64,000 nt of DNA from Squalus acanthias (GCA_030390025.1 CM059432.1:51958001-52022000), one strand, 5' to 3'; shown: positions 11,874 through 22,356, counted from the stretch's first letter. The notes: generated by a model from the sequence alone, not told the origin. Numbers and translations: made by a program.

Positions 11874-12403
11874 CATGCTCTCTTGACCCCATTCCCACTA
11901 AACTGGTGACCACACAACTTCCCTTCCTGGTCTCCATGCTAGCTGACTATGTCAATAATTCCCTCAGTACTTCCCCTCCCTTTCAAAACTGCCACCATCA
12001 ACCCTCTCCTCAAAAAGCCCACCCTTCATCCCGCTGACCTTGAAAACTATCGGCCTATCTTCAACCTCTGTTTCTTCTCCAAAGTTCTTGAACAAATTGT
12101 TGCCACCGAAATCAATGCCCATCTTTCCCACAACTCCATGTCTGAATCTCTCCAATCAGATTTCTGCTCCTGCCATCACACTGAAATGACCCTAATCAAA
12201 GTCACAAATGACATCCTCTGTGACTGTGACCATAGCGCACTATCCCTCTTTCTCGACCTCTCTGCAGCCTTTGACACGGTCAACCATACCATCCCCCTCT
12301 CGACTCTCAGCTCAGTAGGGCCGTCCTCTCTTGGTTCCAATCTTACCTATTCAATCATTCCCAGAGAATTTCCAGCAATGGCTTCTCTTCCCACCCCCGC
12401 ACC
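11874..12403 (+). mobile_element. L2 LINE RT part (continuation of 4260-6139)
   Basis: FKTATINPLLKKPTLHPADLENYRPIFNLCFFSKVLE...LIKVTNDIL...LDLSAAFDTVNH. Confidence 0.9.
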
Positions 12404-12692
12404 ATAAGGAACTGGGCTATTTTATCTTCCCAGCCGGCCAGCAATGTTCCCGTTTAGCTCCTGCACAGGCCGCTGGCCGGTTTCTCAATAGAAAAAGCGT
12501 GCATGCGCACAAGTTTGAATGGCCCACGGACCCAAAAATAAATTACAGGGAACATCGTCGCCCAGTTTCTGCCAGACAGGTAGGGATAAAATTGCACCAA
12601 GATAGGACGGTCCTGCACCCATGAACTAAAATGCCTTAAAATTAACAAAAGTAAATAAATGCTAACAGAGCAGTCAAATAACTAAACTATTG

Positions 12693-13585
12693 GGGGCAGA
12701 AATTAGGTCGCGCCCCATTTGGGGCGCAAATATCGTCTGGACGCAAATATTAGCGCCTGGCGCTAATTATCGGCACTGACGGGAAACTTCACTTTTACCG
12801 CCCCGGGAGGTGAGTGGAGCGCTAAAGCAGGCGCTGCACACCTCTCTTAAGGCGCAAAGGCCGAGCAGTGAGGCGCTAACTCGGAGCGCTGGCGAAGCTC
12901 ATGTAATGTCAGTCAGCAATGGAACACACACACAATGGCACGGGCCAGTTCTTAAAGGGGATGGTTAATCTTGCTTTCCATCCACATCCTGTTCATTGCT
13001 GCCTTGAATCTCGGCCTGGAGAGACTTGCACATCAAATGTGCTGGAAAGAACAATGGAGAGCACCAGGCAAAGAGCTCAGAGTGCAGCTCCCACGGTCTC
13101 TGCTAAATCGATACAAGGAATGGCAAATCAAAATGAACCTGCAAAGTGCTGCTCAGTACCCAAAACTCCTTCACACAACGTTGAATCTCTCCAGAAGTCT
13201 CTCCCTCTCTCTCTCAGAATGCGTAGTTCAAAAATGCCACCAACAATAAAAGACAGGAAGAGGCCCCCTTTAAATAGCGCCCCCCCCAGCCCCACAGCGA
13301 TTGATAGCGTTCCAGTCTTCTGGTCGTTGGAAGCGCCAGGCGGTAAGGCAGGGGGCGCCACTCAATTTCCGCTACGGGGCGCCCCAAGGGCGTTGCACCA
13401 TGGAATGACGTCACAATCTGCGCGCGCAGGTGGTCGCAGCGGTAAGTTTTAGCGCCGCCGCACAATCTCAAGTTAAGTTCTCGAGCGGCGCAAACATCGC
13501 TGCGCCCGGGCGTTAGCGGCTTTGCGCCCCATTAGCGCCCTCTTAAGGCGCTAACGGGTGGCGCAACCAAGTGAATTTTTACCCC
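12693..13585. mobile_element. Harbinger MITE (same family as 9892-10785)
   Basis: TIR ggggcagaaatt / aatttttacccc and exact TSD ttg (12690-12692, 13586-13588). Confidence 0.92.
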
Positions 13586-14153
13586 TTGATCTTTATGAGG
13601 AGGGTGTCACATGGGTCTTGTGGACTTTTAATTTTGAACTATTCAGTCAAGTTGGGCAAGTGAAGACTGCTTGGTGAAAAGTACATTAGTCAGATTCTGT
13701 AAACAGTGTGTTCTGAGCAGGGTTTATCTTGAAGTGTTGTAATCTAAAAGCAGTTTGAAATGCTGGGACTCTCAGTGCTTAGTTGCTTTTCATGTAATAT
13801 ATTCTAAATCTGAAGGTACAAGCCAGATCATCTCATATTTATATCCTAATAATGGTGAGAAATGAAGGTTGAATACAATAAATCTCTTTTACATATGTTG
13901 TCTCTCTGTGGTGTTTTCTAAAGAGAAAGATGTATGAACATATTGGAGATTATGTAAACCCAAACAAATCCGTTTTTTTTTAATTTAAAACTCTTTATAT
14001 TCTATCCATATTTGTGTGTCTTTGCTGAAAATTAATATTTCTTCAACTAGTTTTATTTAATCAAAAACAACATTGCATTGCTGATGACTGTCAGCTACAA
14101 TATCTTTTAATATTTAATCAGTATATATTTCCTCTGCATCCTCATATTCTCTA

Positions 14154-15413
14154 AGCCTGAATTTTAATCATGAGGCAGATTGGGAGCAGGGCGGGGGAGG
14201 GGGCGCTCGTAAGCGATCAGGAAACCTGGGATTCACGCAGGCCCTGCAGAATTGAATGGCAGAGCCTGATTTGCAAGGGAAACCTCTGTTTCCCACCTGC
14301 AGCCAGCCAGATCGAGAGGCTGGCTGCGGGTGCGTAGGCCTGCGACACTAGGCCGCAGAGAGGAGGGCGGGAGGGATCATGTGGGGGCCAAGGGGTGGCC
14401 AGAGGAGTGGGCAGGGGCTGGGGTCGGAAATGATCAGAGGGCTGGAGGAGTGGGGTTGGGGGGTCTGGAACGATCGGAGGGCCGGAAGAGCCGGTGGTGG
14501 GGGGAACAGTGGGGGTCAGGAACGATCAGAGGGCCGGGTACCATTCTGGTAAACCTATGCTGCACTCCCTTCAAGGCCTAAGGTGTGGTGCCCAGAACTG
14601 CTCACAGTACTCCAGCTGTGGTCTAACCAGGGTTTTGTATAGCTGCAGCATAACTTCTACCCCCTTGTATTCTAGTCCTCTAGATATAAAGGCCAGCATT
14701 CCATTAGCCTTTTTGATTATTTTCTGTTCCTGTTCATGACATTTTAATGATCTATGTACCTGGACCCCCAAGTCTCTTTGGACCTCCACTGTTTTTAGCT
14801 TTTCACCATTTAGAAAGTATCCTGTTCTATCCTTTTTAGGTCCAAAGTGGATGACCTCACATTTGCCTACATTGAAATCCATTTGCCACAGTTTTGCCCA
14901 TTCACTTAATCTATCAATATCTCTTTGTAATTTTATGCTTTCATCTACACTGCCTACAATACCACCTATCTTTGTATCATCGGCAAAGTTGCATATATGG
15001 CTTTCTATGCCATCATCTAAGTCATTAATAAATACTGTGAATAGTTAAGGCTCCAACACAGATCCCTGCAGGACACCACTAGTCACATCCTGCCAATTAG
15101 AGTACCTACCCATTATCCCAGCACTTACCTCCTGGGTCCAGCAGTCCTCGCCTTACTTTAGCTCGCGGATTTCATGAGGCCTGCAAAACCCGACCAGCCA
15201 CTGTAAAATTTAAAATGAAGGTTAAATCTGAGGCACGGCAGCCTCATTATAATATTTAAATGGACGGCCCACTTCCTGGGTGCGAGTTGGCTGCCTGTCT
15301 CGCCTCCGTTAAAAACGGAAGAGGGCAGTTTGAAGGCGGGATCTGGTCGGGATTCAGACTTTTAACACTTTAACCTGACCCCAACCCACCCATTTTTGGG
15401 GGTTAAAACTCGC
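14154..15413. mobile_element. Degenerate GC-rich MITE interrupted by a CR1 fragment
   Basis: Ends agcctgaattttaa / ttaaaactcgca; GC-rich arms lie on both sides of 14541-15120. Confidence 0.5.
14541..15120 (-). mobile_element. Internal CR1 RT fragment without a tail
   Basis: MDFNVGKCEVIHFG...YKTLVRPQLEYCEQFWAPHL and the FADDTK region. Confidence 0.9.
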
Positions 15414-16299
15414 ATTTATATGTTTACATGGAATACTCCAGCCATGTTTTATTAATGCATTTTCCCAAGAGTAGCCTAATGGAGAGGTGAAACTGCTTAC
15501 AAATCTCCCATGGTCAAAATGGCATTTTTTTAAGAACTGAAACATGTTCCTCTGTGCTGTGGATGTTATTTCCACGTGTTTTGTTTGAGTTTCCATATAG
15601 ATTTTTACTCATTTGATCCTAACATTGAATGGCATAAAATAGACTGCCACATAACATGTGAGGTAATGTTTGTGAGGCTTTGTTCCTGATTCTCCACAGG
15701 GGCAAAGATTGGAGCAAAGATGCCACCCCAAAAGTTAGATACTTTCGTTTCAAAACTACATCAAATCCAAAGCCTAATTTTGGCCACAAATTTGCGTAAT
15801 TGACACATTTTTACAACATTATTGATGTACATTGTCATAACAGTATCACCAATTTTAAATAAAATGTATTTTTTATTGTAGGTTGAAAATTTAATTTTTT
15901 ACTGCAAGTGCTTTCCTATGTGAAAATGATGATGCAAGGCCTTAGTAGTGAAACAGTTTAATGGGATTACATTTTTTTATTGTAGACACTAATTATTAAA
16001 TATTCCATGCGGTGCTATAGTTGAATCCTGCTGGGAGCAGGGAAATGTCATCTATGAAATGCAACCAGTCACAGTTGAATAAGATAGATTGTGATGTTAT
16101 ATTGATATCCTGGAAACTTCACTTGATTACCTTTGGGGTTTAGGGAGATATATCAGTTTTATCTTCATTTGGGAGTATTACCTGTGGTTAAACAAGTCCA
16201 CAGTCACGCAAATTGTACAAGGGTTATTGGAAGGAATGAGATTGAAATCAGCATGCTCTTTTTTAATTGTCTATTTGTCTCACTGATGCCACATCATTC

Positions 16300-16910
16300 C
16301 CTTGTTAAGGTTTTAGTTTTAATCCATCCCAGAGCTCAGATGGTCCATAGGGGGTTAATGATGTGGCATCATCCACTTCCATCCTGGACTTTGCTTGGCA
16401 TGATTACGATTCTTCTTCAATGTCTACCAGGGCATCTTGCACCTGGGGTTGGCAGTACATGGAAAATATCTATCATTGGTTCCGGCTACATTACTTAAAA
16501 TTGCCTTCAATAAAGTCTCATCTTTGCCATCACAGAAAGTTTTCACTCTTCTTTCTTCCTCTTAATTGTTCCTGCTGGAATTTCATAACTTTCCTCCTAT
16601 ATGTTCATTAAAATTTTGGAATTTCTTTCAGAACTTTCTAGCACTCTTAAACCATACAAAACACTCATTAAACTGCTGTTGAAGATTCCAATCTGTGTCC
16701 TCACAGTAAGTCCTTGGTGCCTTCCCAAGCATATCTCCATCCAGCAGTATTTAATTTCCTAGATATATCAAATTATCCACATCTTCTAATTGTAAGTTAT
16801 CAATTGTATCAGTGTCTTATCAGCAGGTTGTATCCTCATAACCTTAGTCTTCCGATTACAGACAGTTAATCCAATTCTTTTTGCCATTATATTTAATAAA
16901 TCAGCTCTTT
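16300..16910 (-). mobile_element. Ancient RTE-clade LINE remnant
   Basis: Minus-strand motifs in RTE order: AKRIGL..NRKTKVMRI, DNLQLEDVDNLIYLGN, VLYG..EC*K. Heavily disrupted. Confidence 0.55.
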
Positions 16911-17095
16911 CATGATTTTCTTCCAGTTTCATTCCAAGGCAGAGATCATTGTCATAATCTAGATAGTGTATAATTCATTATAATAATTCATTATAATAAT
17001 TTACATTTATGTCGGTATATTTTGCACAATCCAGTCAAAAGCAAGTGTGAATAAAATGAGGAAAAGTACATCTCATTGATTTACACAATTGTAAT

Positions 17096-17243
17096 TCATA
17101 GAATCATAGAAACTTACAGCACAGAAGGAGGCTATTTGGCCCATCGTGCCTGTGCCGGCTCTTTGAAAGAGCAGTCGTGCTCAGTCCCACAGCCTCACTT
17201 TTTGTCCGTAACCCAGTAATTTCCTCATCCTCAAGTACCTGTC
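17096..17243 (-). mobile_element. 3' tail of the host CR1 (continues 21729-22041 and 24511-26717)
   Basis: tcatagaatcataga tail; aagtacctgtc joins caactccctttt across the Gypsy TSD. Confidence 0.88.
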
Positions 17244-17437
17244 TGTGGTAACACAATACAGCTTCCTGTGACTTGAACTTTATTACATCACTTCCTGTGA
17301 TTAGTCCAGGATAAATACTGGGCTGATCAGTTGGATCCTGGAGAGGCATAGAGTAAGACCTCTTTTGTATGTAGCACCTTTTTAGTTGATTAAAGCTTAC
17401 TTTAAGTTCACCACGCATAAGGCTCATTCTTACGACA
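17244..17437 (+). repeat. 5' LTR of the Gypsy element
   Basis: Identical to 21530-21723 except A17417 vs G21703. ATTAAA at 17389-17394. Confidence 0.97.
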
Positions 17438-17438
17438 A

Positions 17439-17449
17439 TTTAATCAACT
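17439..17449 (+). other. Non-tRNA primer binding site complementary to its own LTR
   Basis: tttaatcaact is the exact reverse complement of agttgattaaa at 17384-17394. There is no TGG next to the LTR. Confidence 0.75.
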
Positions 17450-17515
17450 TTGAAAAACTTCGCACTCAAACTTTTTGGACGAACTCGGAACTAAGGATCC
17501 AGGGAATCACCCATC

Positions 17516-20500
17516 ATGGAAAACATCCTTAAACCATCGCGTCTTGACTTGGACCCAAACACCCCAGCAGCCGGTAAGGTGTGGAAACACTGGTATCGCA
17601 CGTTTGACAATTTTCTCGAATATTGCAAGGCTGATGATGACTCAAAATTGCGGATACTCATCAACTGTGTCACCCCGAATGTATTTCAGTATGTCGAGGA
17701 ATGGGGCAGTTACGAGGAGGCAATTCGGACGCTTAAAAGACTATATACTAAGACACCGAATGAGGTCTATGCCAGACATCTACTAGCTACAGCCCAACAA
17801 GGGCCGGAGGAATCCATTGATAAATTCCTCCAAGAGCTTCGCAGACTTAGTATGGACTGTAACTTTCAGGCGGCCTCAGCTGAGCTGTACCGTGAAGAAA
17901 TGATCCGTGATGCTTTCATCTGCGGGCTTGCCTCCCCATTTATACGCCAGCGTCTACTGGAAAGTAAGACACTTGAGCTTCAGAGAGCTTATGACATGGC
18001 TTGCTCTCTAGATCTGGCAAAAAGAAATGCAGACCTTTATACAGTGCCCGGACCTCGGTCTGCTGCCTTAACTACAGTCAGGCAATTTAAGAGGCCACAG
18101 GTGAACTCTATTAGGGAGGACTTTATCCCTGACGATCAATCTGATGACTTCACTGATGAAGAGGATGATGACCCCACTGTGGCAGCCTCTTGGCAATCTA
18201 AGAAATGCTTCTTTTGTGGTGATGAGTTTCACCCTCGGAAATTCTGCCCTGCTCGCAATGCGTTTTGCAGTCATTGCAACAAAAAGGGTCATTTTGCAAA
18301 GGTTTGCCTATCAAGAGCCTCTACGAGGGCTTATCAAGCTAAGTCCTACCGAACTGCCCCGGTAAGGGCCTATCAAGATGTTCCGGCTAAAATCTATCGT
18401 GCTTCCTCTCGGGTTTTCTCTCGAAGAAACACACCTAGAGTTTCAGCCACTCTTTGTGCAACGACACCAATTACAGCTGCTTGTCCTCAGAACCTATTCC
18501 ATGCAGCTACAAAAGCATCAATTAATGGACATACTTTAGATGCCTTAATTGACTCAGGTAGCACTGATAGTTTCATTAGGGAACAGATTGTTGCAGAGTT
18601 AAAGCTACATGTTTTCCCATCGGACCAGGCAATTGCGATGGCTCAGTCATCACTTAATACCAGAATTTCTGGCTTTTGTATGGTTGAAATAACACTTAAT
18701 GGTCACAGGTATCCCTCCACCCGGCCTTCGGTGCTCAAGGACTTATGTAGTGATCTTATCTTAGGGCTAGATTTTCAAAAGCAGCATAAGAAGCTCACCA
18801 TTGAGTTCGGCGGATCCAAACCTGAACTCACTATTTCTAATATACGACCTCGATTACCGTTCTGTGCATTGTCAGCAGCTTCACTGGATGAACCCTCACT
18901 GTTTACCAGTATCCCTCCTCGATGCAAACTGATTATAACAAAGTCACGACGTTTCAGTCAGGAAGACCAGTCTTTTATTGCGGCTGAGATTTCTCGGCTT
19001 TTAGCAGAGGATATCATCGAGCCTTGTTCGTCGCCATGGCGCGCCCAGGTCGTTATTGTTAAGAACCCTCTACAACCTCACAAGAAACGGCTGTGCATTG
19101 ACTATTCACAGACCATCAATCAATATACGGACTTGGACGCATACCCATTGCCGCGCATCGATGATATGGTTAATAAACTGGCTGAGTACACGGTGTTCTC
19201 AACATATGATCTGAAAAGTGCCTATCATCAGGTACCCTTGAAGGTCTCAGACAAGCAGTATACGGCCTTTGAAGCCAATGGACGGCTGTATCAATTTCGT
19301 CGCCTCCCCTTTGGGGTCACTAATGGAGTGGCTGTCTTCCAGCGAGCAATGGATGACCTGGTCAAACAGGAAGACTTAAAGGATACGTTTCCTTATCTGG
19401 ACAATATTACTGTCGCAGGTCGCAATCAGCGGGAACATGACGCCAATCTCCAACGATTTTGGGATGCACTCCAGCACCGTAATTTGACATTAAATGCGGC
19501 TAAATCCATTGAGTCACAACCAACCATCAACATCCTTGGCTATTGTGTGGGCAATGGCATCATTAAACCTGACCCTGAAAGGCTTCGCCCACTCCAAGAA
19601 CTCCCGCCACCTAAGAATCCGGCCTCCTTGCGCCGGGCCCTCGGCCTGTTTGCATACTATGCTAAATGGATTCCTAACTTCTCGGACCGAATCCAACCTC
19701 TACTGAAGGCCAGCACATTCCCACTAGACACAGCGGCTGTTGCAGCCTTTAACCTCCTGAAAAAACAGTTGGAGAAAGCGGCTCTTCACTCCATCGATGA
19801 GAGTCTTCCTTTTGTTGTTGAGTGTGATGCTTCGGAGGTGGCGATCTCGGCCACTCTGAATCAGGAAGGTCGTCCGGTGGCATTTTTGTCCAGGACTTTT
19901 CAAGCGGCTGAGCTACATTATCCTCCAGTCGAGAAAGAAGCTACAGCCATCATAGAGGCAGTACGGAAGTGGACTCATCTCCTAGCTCGCCAGCACTTTA
20001 CCTTAATCACGGACCAGCGATCGGTCGCCTTCATGCTCGATAATCGAAAACGGACCAAAATTAAAAATAATAAAATCCAGCTTTGGCGGCTGGAATTGGC
20101 CTCTTTTGGTTACACCATCCACTATCGACCTGGCAAGGAGAATGTGGCTCCGGATACCCTCACACGAGCATTCTGCTCCGCCATGGCACCCTCTACGCTC
20201 ATAGACATCCATGATGGGTTGTGTCATCCGGGCGTTACTCGCATGCTACACTTCGTGCGGTCCCGAAATCTCCCATTCTCTACCGGGGATGTAAAGAAGA
20301 TGTGCTCGGACTGCAGAGTCTGTGCGGAATTGAAACCTCGGTTTTTCCGCCCCTCGGGTGGTATACTCATACATGCGACCCAGCCAATGCAACGGCTTAG
20401 CATCGATTTTAAGGGGCCGTTGCCCTCTTCAACTCGCAACACTTATCTATTGACCATGGTCGATGAGTATTCCCGTTTTCCGTTTGCCTTTCCCTGCCCC

Positions 20501-21466
20501 AATATGCTGACGACCACGGTTATCAGCTGCCTTGAGCAGGTATTTGCTTTCTGTGGCATGGCATCCTATGTTTATTCAGATCGGGGCCCTTCTTTTATGT
20601 CAGGAGAACTCAAGGCCTATCTCTCGGAACGGGGTATTGCTGCCAGCAGAACGACGCCTTATCATCCGGTCGGGAATGGGCAAGTCGAGCGTTTTAACGC
20701 TATCATCTGGAATGCGGTACGTCTGGCTTTGAGATCTCGGGGCCTACCCAACCAGCAATGGGAAGCAGTACTTCCAGACGCATTACACTCCACACGGTCC
20801 CTCCTTTCGACCGCCACAAATACGACGCCTCATGAACGGTTCTTCCGATTTCAGCGTCGCTCATCCTATGGGATATCTCTCCCGTCGTGGCTGACTGCAC
20901 CGGGACCAGTGCTACTCCGAAGATATGTTCGGGGGTCTAAGAATGACCCCCTGGTAGATGAGGTTGAGCTCACTGACGTCAACCCTACCTACGCCTATAT
21001 TCGGTATCCTGACGGTCGGGAATCTACCGTGTCATTGCGGGATCTGGCTCCCTGCCCGCCGAAACATAGAGGGACACCAGGGGATGATATTGTACCAGGC
21101 ACATCTCTGGGCTCGCCAGGTGCCTCTCATCACGATCTGGATCTGACGCCGGCTGGTACCTCACTCCAGCGTGCCGACCTGGGGCAGACTGACTATGAGC
21201 CCGTCGGGGCTCGCACGCGCAGCCACGATCCACCCCGTACCATACGCTCGGAAACGGATCTGCCACAGCCCTGCCCGACACCCGTTCGGGCACCAGTACA
21301 CAGTCAGGATCGTCCTGACCCCTCACAGAGCGGGCTGGATCACTCGGACTCTGGTCCACGGCCCGCGGCGGGTAAACGGGCTAGGGGCCCTCTACCGCTA
21401 CGAGAACCCAAACGGGTGCGGCTCTCCCTCGTCCAGCGGCTACGAAATGGAGGGAGAATGTGGTAA
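17516..21466 (+). CDS. Gag-Pol polyprotein, 1316 aa (gag with two CCHC knuckles, protease, RT, RNase H, integrase)
   Basis: Zinc knuckles CFFCGDEFHPRKFC and CSHCNKKGHFAKVC; protease LIDSGST; RT YDLKSAYHQ, LPFG, YLDN; RNase H ECDASE; integrase HDGLCH..CRVC, IDFKGP, SDRG, NGQVERFN. Confidence 0.97.
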   Translation: MENILKPSRLDLDPNTPAAGKVWKHWYRTFDNFLEYCKADDDSKLRILINCVTPNVFQYVEEWGSYEEAIRTLKRLYTKTPNEVYARHLLATAQQGPEESIDKFLQELRRLSMDCNFQAASAELYREEMIRDAFICGLASPFIRQRLLESKTLELQRAYDMACSLDLAKRNADLYTVPGPRSAALTTVRQFKRPQVNSIREDFIPDDQSDDFTDEEDDDPTVAASWQSKKCFFCGDEFHPRKFCPARNAFCSHCNKKGHFAKVCLSRASTRAYQAKSYRTAPVRAYQDVPAKIYRASSRVFSRRNTPRVSATLCATTPITAACPQNLFHAATKASINGHTLDALIDSGSTDSFIREQIVAELKLHVFPSDQAIAMAQSSLNTRISGFCMVEITLNGHRYPSTRPSVLKDLCSDLILGLDFQKQHKKLTIEFGGSKPELTISNIRPRLPFCALSAASLDEPSLFTSIPPRCKLIITKSRRFSQEDQSFIAAEISRLLAEDIIEPCSSPWRAQVVIVKNPLQPHKKRLCIDYSQTINQYTDLDAYPLPRIDDMVNKLAEYTVFSTYDLKSAYHQVPLKVSDKQYTAFEANGRLYQFRRLPFGVTNGVAVFQRAMDDLVKQEDLKDTFPYLDNITVAGRNQREHDANLQRFWDALQHRNLTLNAAKSIESQPTINILGYCVGNGIIKPDPERLRPLQELPPPKNPASLRRALGLFAYYAKWIPNFSDRIQPLLKASTFPLDTAAVAAFNLLKKQLEKAALHSIDESLPFVVECDASEVAISATLNQEGRPVAFLSRTFQAAELHYPPVEKEATAIIEAVRKWTHLLARQHFTLITDQRSVAFMLDNRKRTKIKNNKIQLWRLELASFGYTIHYRPGKENVAPDTLTRAFCSAMAPSTLIDIHDGLCHPGVTRMLHFVRSRNLPFSTGDVKKMCSDCRVCAELKPRFFRPSGGILIHATQPMQRLSIDFKGPLPSSTRNTYLLTMVDEYSRFPFAFPCPNMLTTTVISCLEQVFAFCGMASYVYSDRGPSFMSGELKAYLSERGIAASRTTPYHPVGNGQVERFNAIIWNAVRLALRSRGLPNQQWEAVLPDALHSTRSLLSTATNTTPHERFFRFQRRSSYGISLPSWLTAPGPVLLRRYVRGSKNDPLVDEVELTDVNPTYAYIRYPDGRESTVSLRDLAPCPPKHRGTPGDDIVPGTSLGSPGASHHDLDLTPAGTSLQRADLGQTDYEPVGARTRSHDPPRTIRSETDLPQPCPTPVRAPVHSQDRPDPSQSGLDHSDSGPRPAAGKRARGPLPLREPKRVRLSLVQRLRNGGRMW

Positions 21467-21495
21467 CACAATACAGCTTCCTGTGACTCGAACTT
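21449..21495 (+). repeat. Extra PPT plus first 37 nt of the LTR
   Basis: ggagggagaa followed by tgtggtaacacaatacagcttcctgtgactcgaactt (1 mismatch to the LTR start); contains the ORF stop codon. Confidence 0.9.
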
Positions 21496-21517
21496 CATCC
21501 CAGCCTCCTAATCTTTT

Positions 21518-21529
21518 GGGGGGGGAGAA
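21518..21529 (+). other. Polypurine tract of the Gypsy element
   Basis: ggggggggagaa immediately before the 3' LTR. Confidence 0.9.
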
Positions 21530-21723
21530 TGTGGTAACACAATACAGCTTCCTGTGACTTGAACTTTATTACATCACTTCCTGTGATTAGTCCAGGATAA
21601 ATACTGGGCTGATCAGTTGGATCCTGGAGAGGCATAGAGTAAGACCTCTTTTGTATGTAGCACCTTTTTAGTTGATTAAAGCTTACTTTAAGTTCACCAC
21701 GCGTAAGGCTCATTCTTACGACA
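21530..21723 (+). repeat. 3' LTR of the Gypsy element
   Basis: Direct repeat of 17244-17437. Confidence 0.97.
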
Positions 21724-21728
21724 CTGTC

Positions 21729-22041
21729 CAACTCCCTTTTAAAATTATTTATGGAATCAGCTTCCACCACCTTTTCAGGTACAGCGTTCCAGATCCTGAC
21801 AACTCTAAGTGAAAAAAATTCTCCTTATCTCCCCTCTAGATCTTTTGCCAATGATTTTGAATCTATGACCTCTAGTTATTGACCCACTCGCCAGAAGGAA
21901 TAGTTTTTCTCTGTCTACTCTATCAAACCTTTCATCATCTTAAAAACCTCTGTTAGGTCACCTCTTAACCTTCTCTGTTCCAAGGAGAAGTCCTAACTTT
22001 TCCAACCTCTCCTCATAACTAAAGTCCCACATTCCTGGTAA
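21729..22041 (-). mobile_element. Host CR1, ORF2 C-terminal segment
   Basis: VVEADSINNFKRELD and RLRGDL-type region on the minus strand. Confidence 0.85.
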
Positions 22042-22344
22042 CAGAATCACAGAATCCTCACGATGCAGATAGAGGCCATTTCGGCCCATCGAGCCTGCAC
22101 CGACGCATATCCCACCCTATCCCCGTAACCCCACCTAACACTAAGGGTCAATTTATCATAGCCAAATCAACCTAACCTGCACATCTTTGGACTGTGGGAG
22201 GAAACCGGAGCACCCGGAGGAAACCCACGCAGACACGGGGAGAATGTGCAAACTCCACACAGACAGTCACCCGAGGCCGGATTCGAACCCAGGTCCCTGG
22301 TGCTGTGAGGTAACAGTGCTAACCACTATGCCACCGTGTTAACC
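22042..22344 (-). mobile_element. HE1-type tRNA-derived V-SINE
   Basis: Minus strand: A box tggcatagtgg, B box ggttcgaatcc, V-domain tgtgtggagtttgcacattctccccgtgtctgcgtgggtttcctccgggtgctccggtttcctcccac and CR1-like gattctgt tail. TSD tcctggtaa (22033-22041, 22345-22353). Confidence 0.92.
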
Positions 22345-22356
22345 TCCTGGTAAACC

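Larger units (their letters stand above)
17244..21723 (+). mobile_element. Full-length young Ty3/Gypsy LTR retrotransposon (Mag-like gag, no env, no chromodomain)
   Basis: 194-bp LTRs differing at 1 nt, tgtggtaa/ttacgaca termini, 5-bp TSD ctgtc (17239-17243, 21724-21728), and an intact gag-pol. Confidence 0.97.

Noticed and set aside
10118..13452. Similar ORFs at 10118-10471 and 12919-13452 as a conserved gene pair
   Set aside because: Both lie within copies of the same MITE, differ in length and show no recognisable domain. The similarity reflects the repeat.
17476..17493. tggacgaactcgg as a tRNA PBS for the Gypsy element
   Set aside because: About 38 nt from the LTR end, and not complementary to any tRNA 3' end I recognise.
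22270..22344. tRNA gene
   Set aside because: It is the tRNA-derived head of a SINE, continuous with the V-domain and LINE tail and flanked by a TSD.
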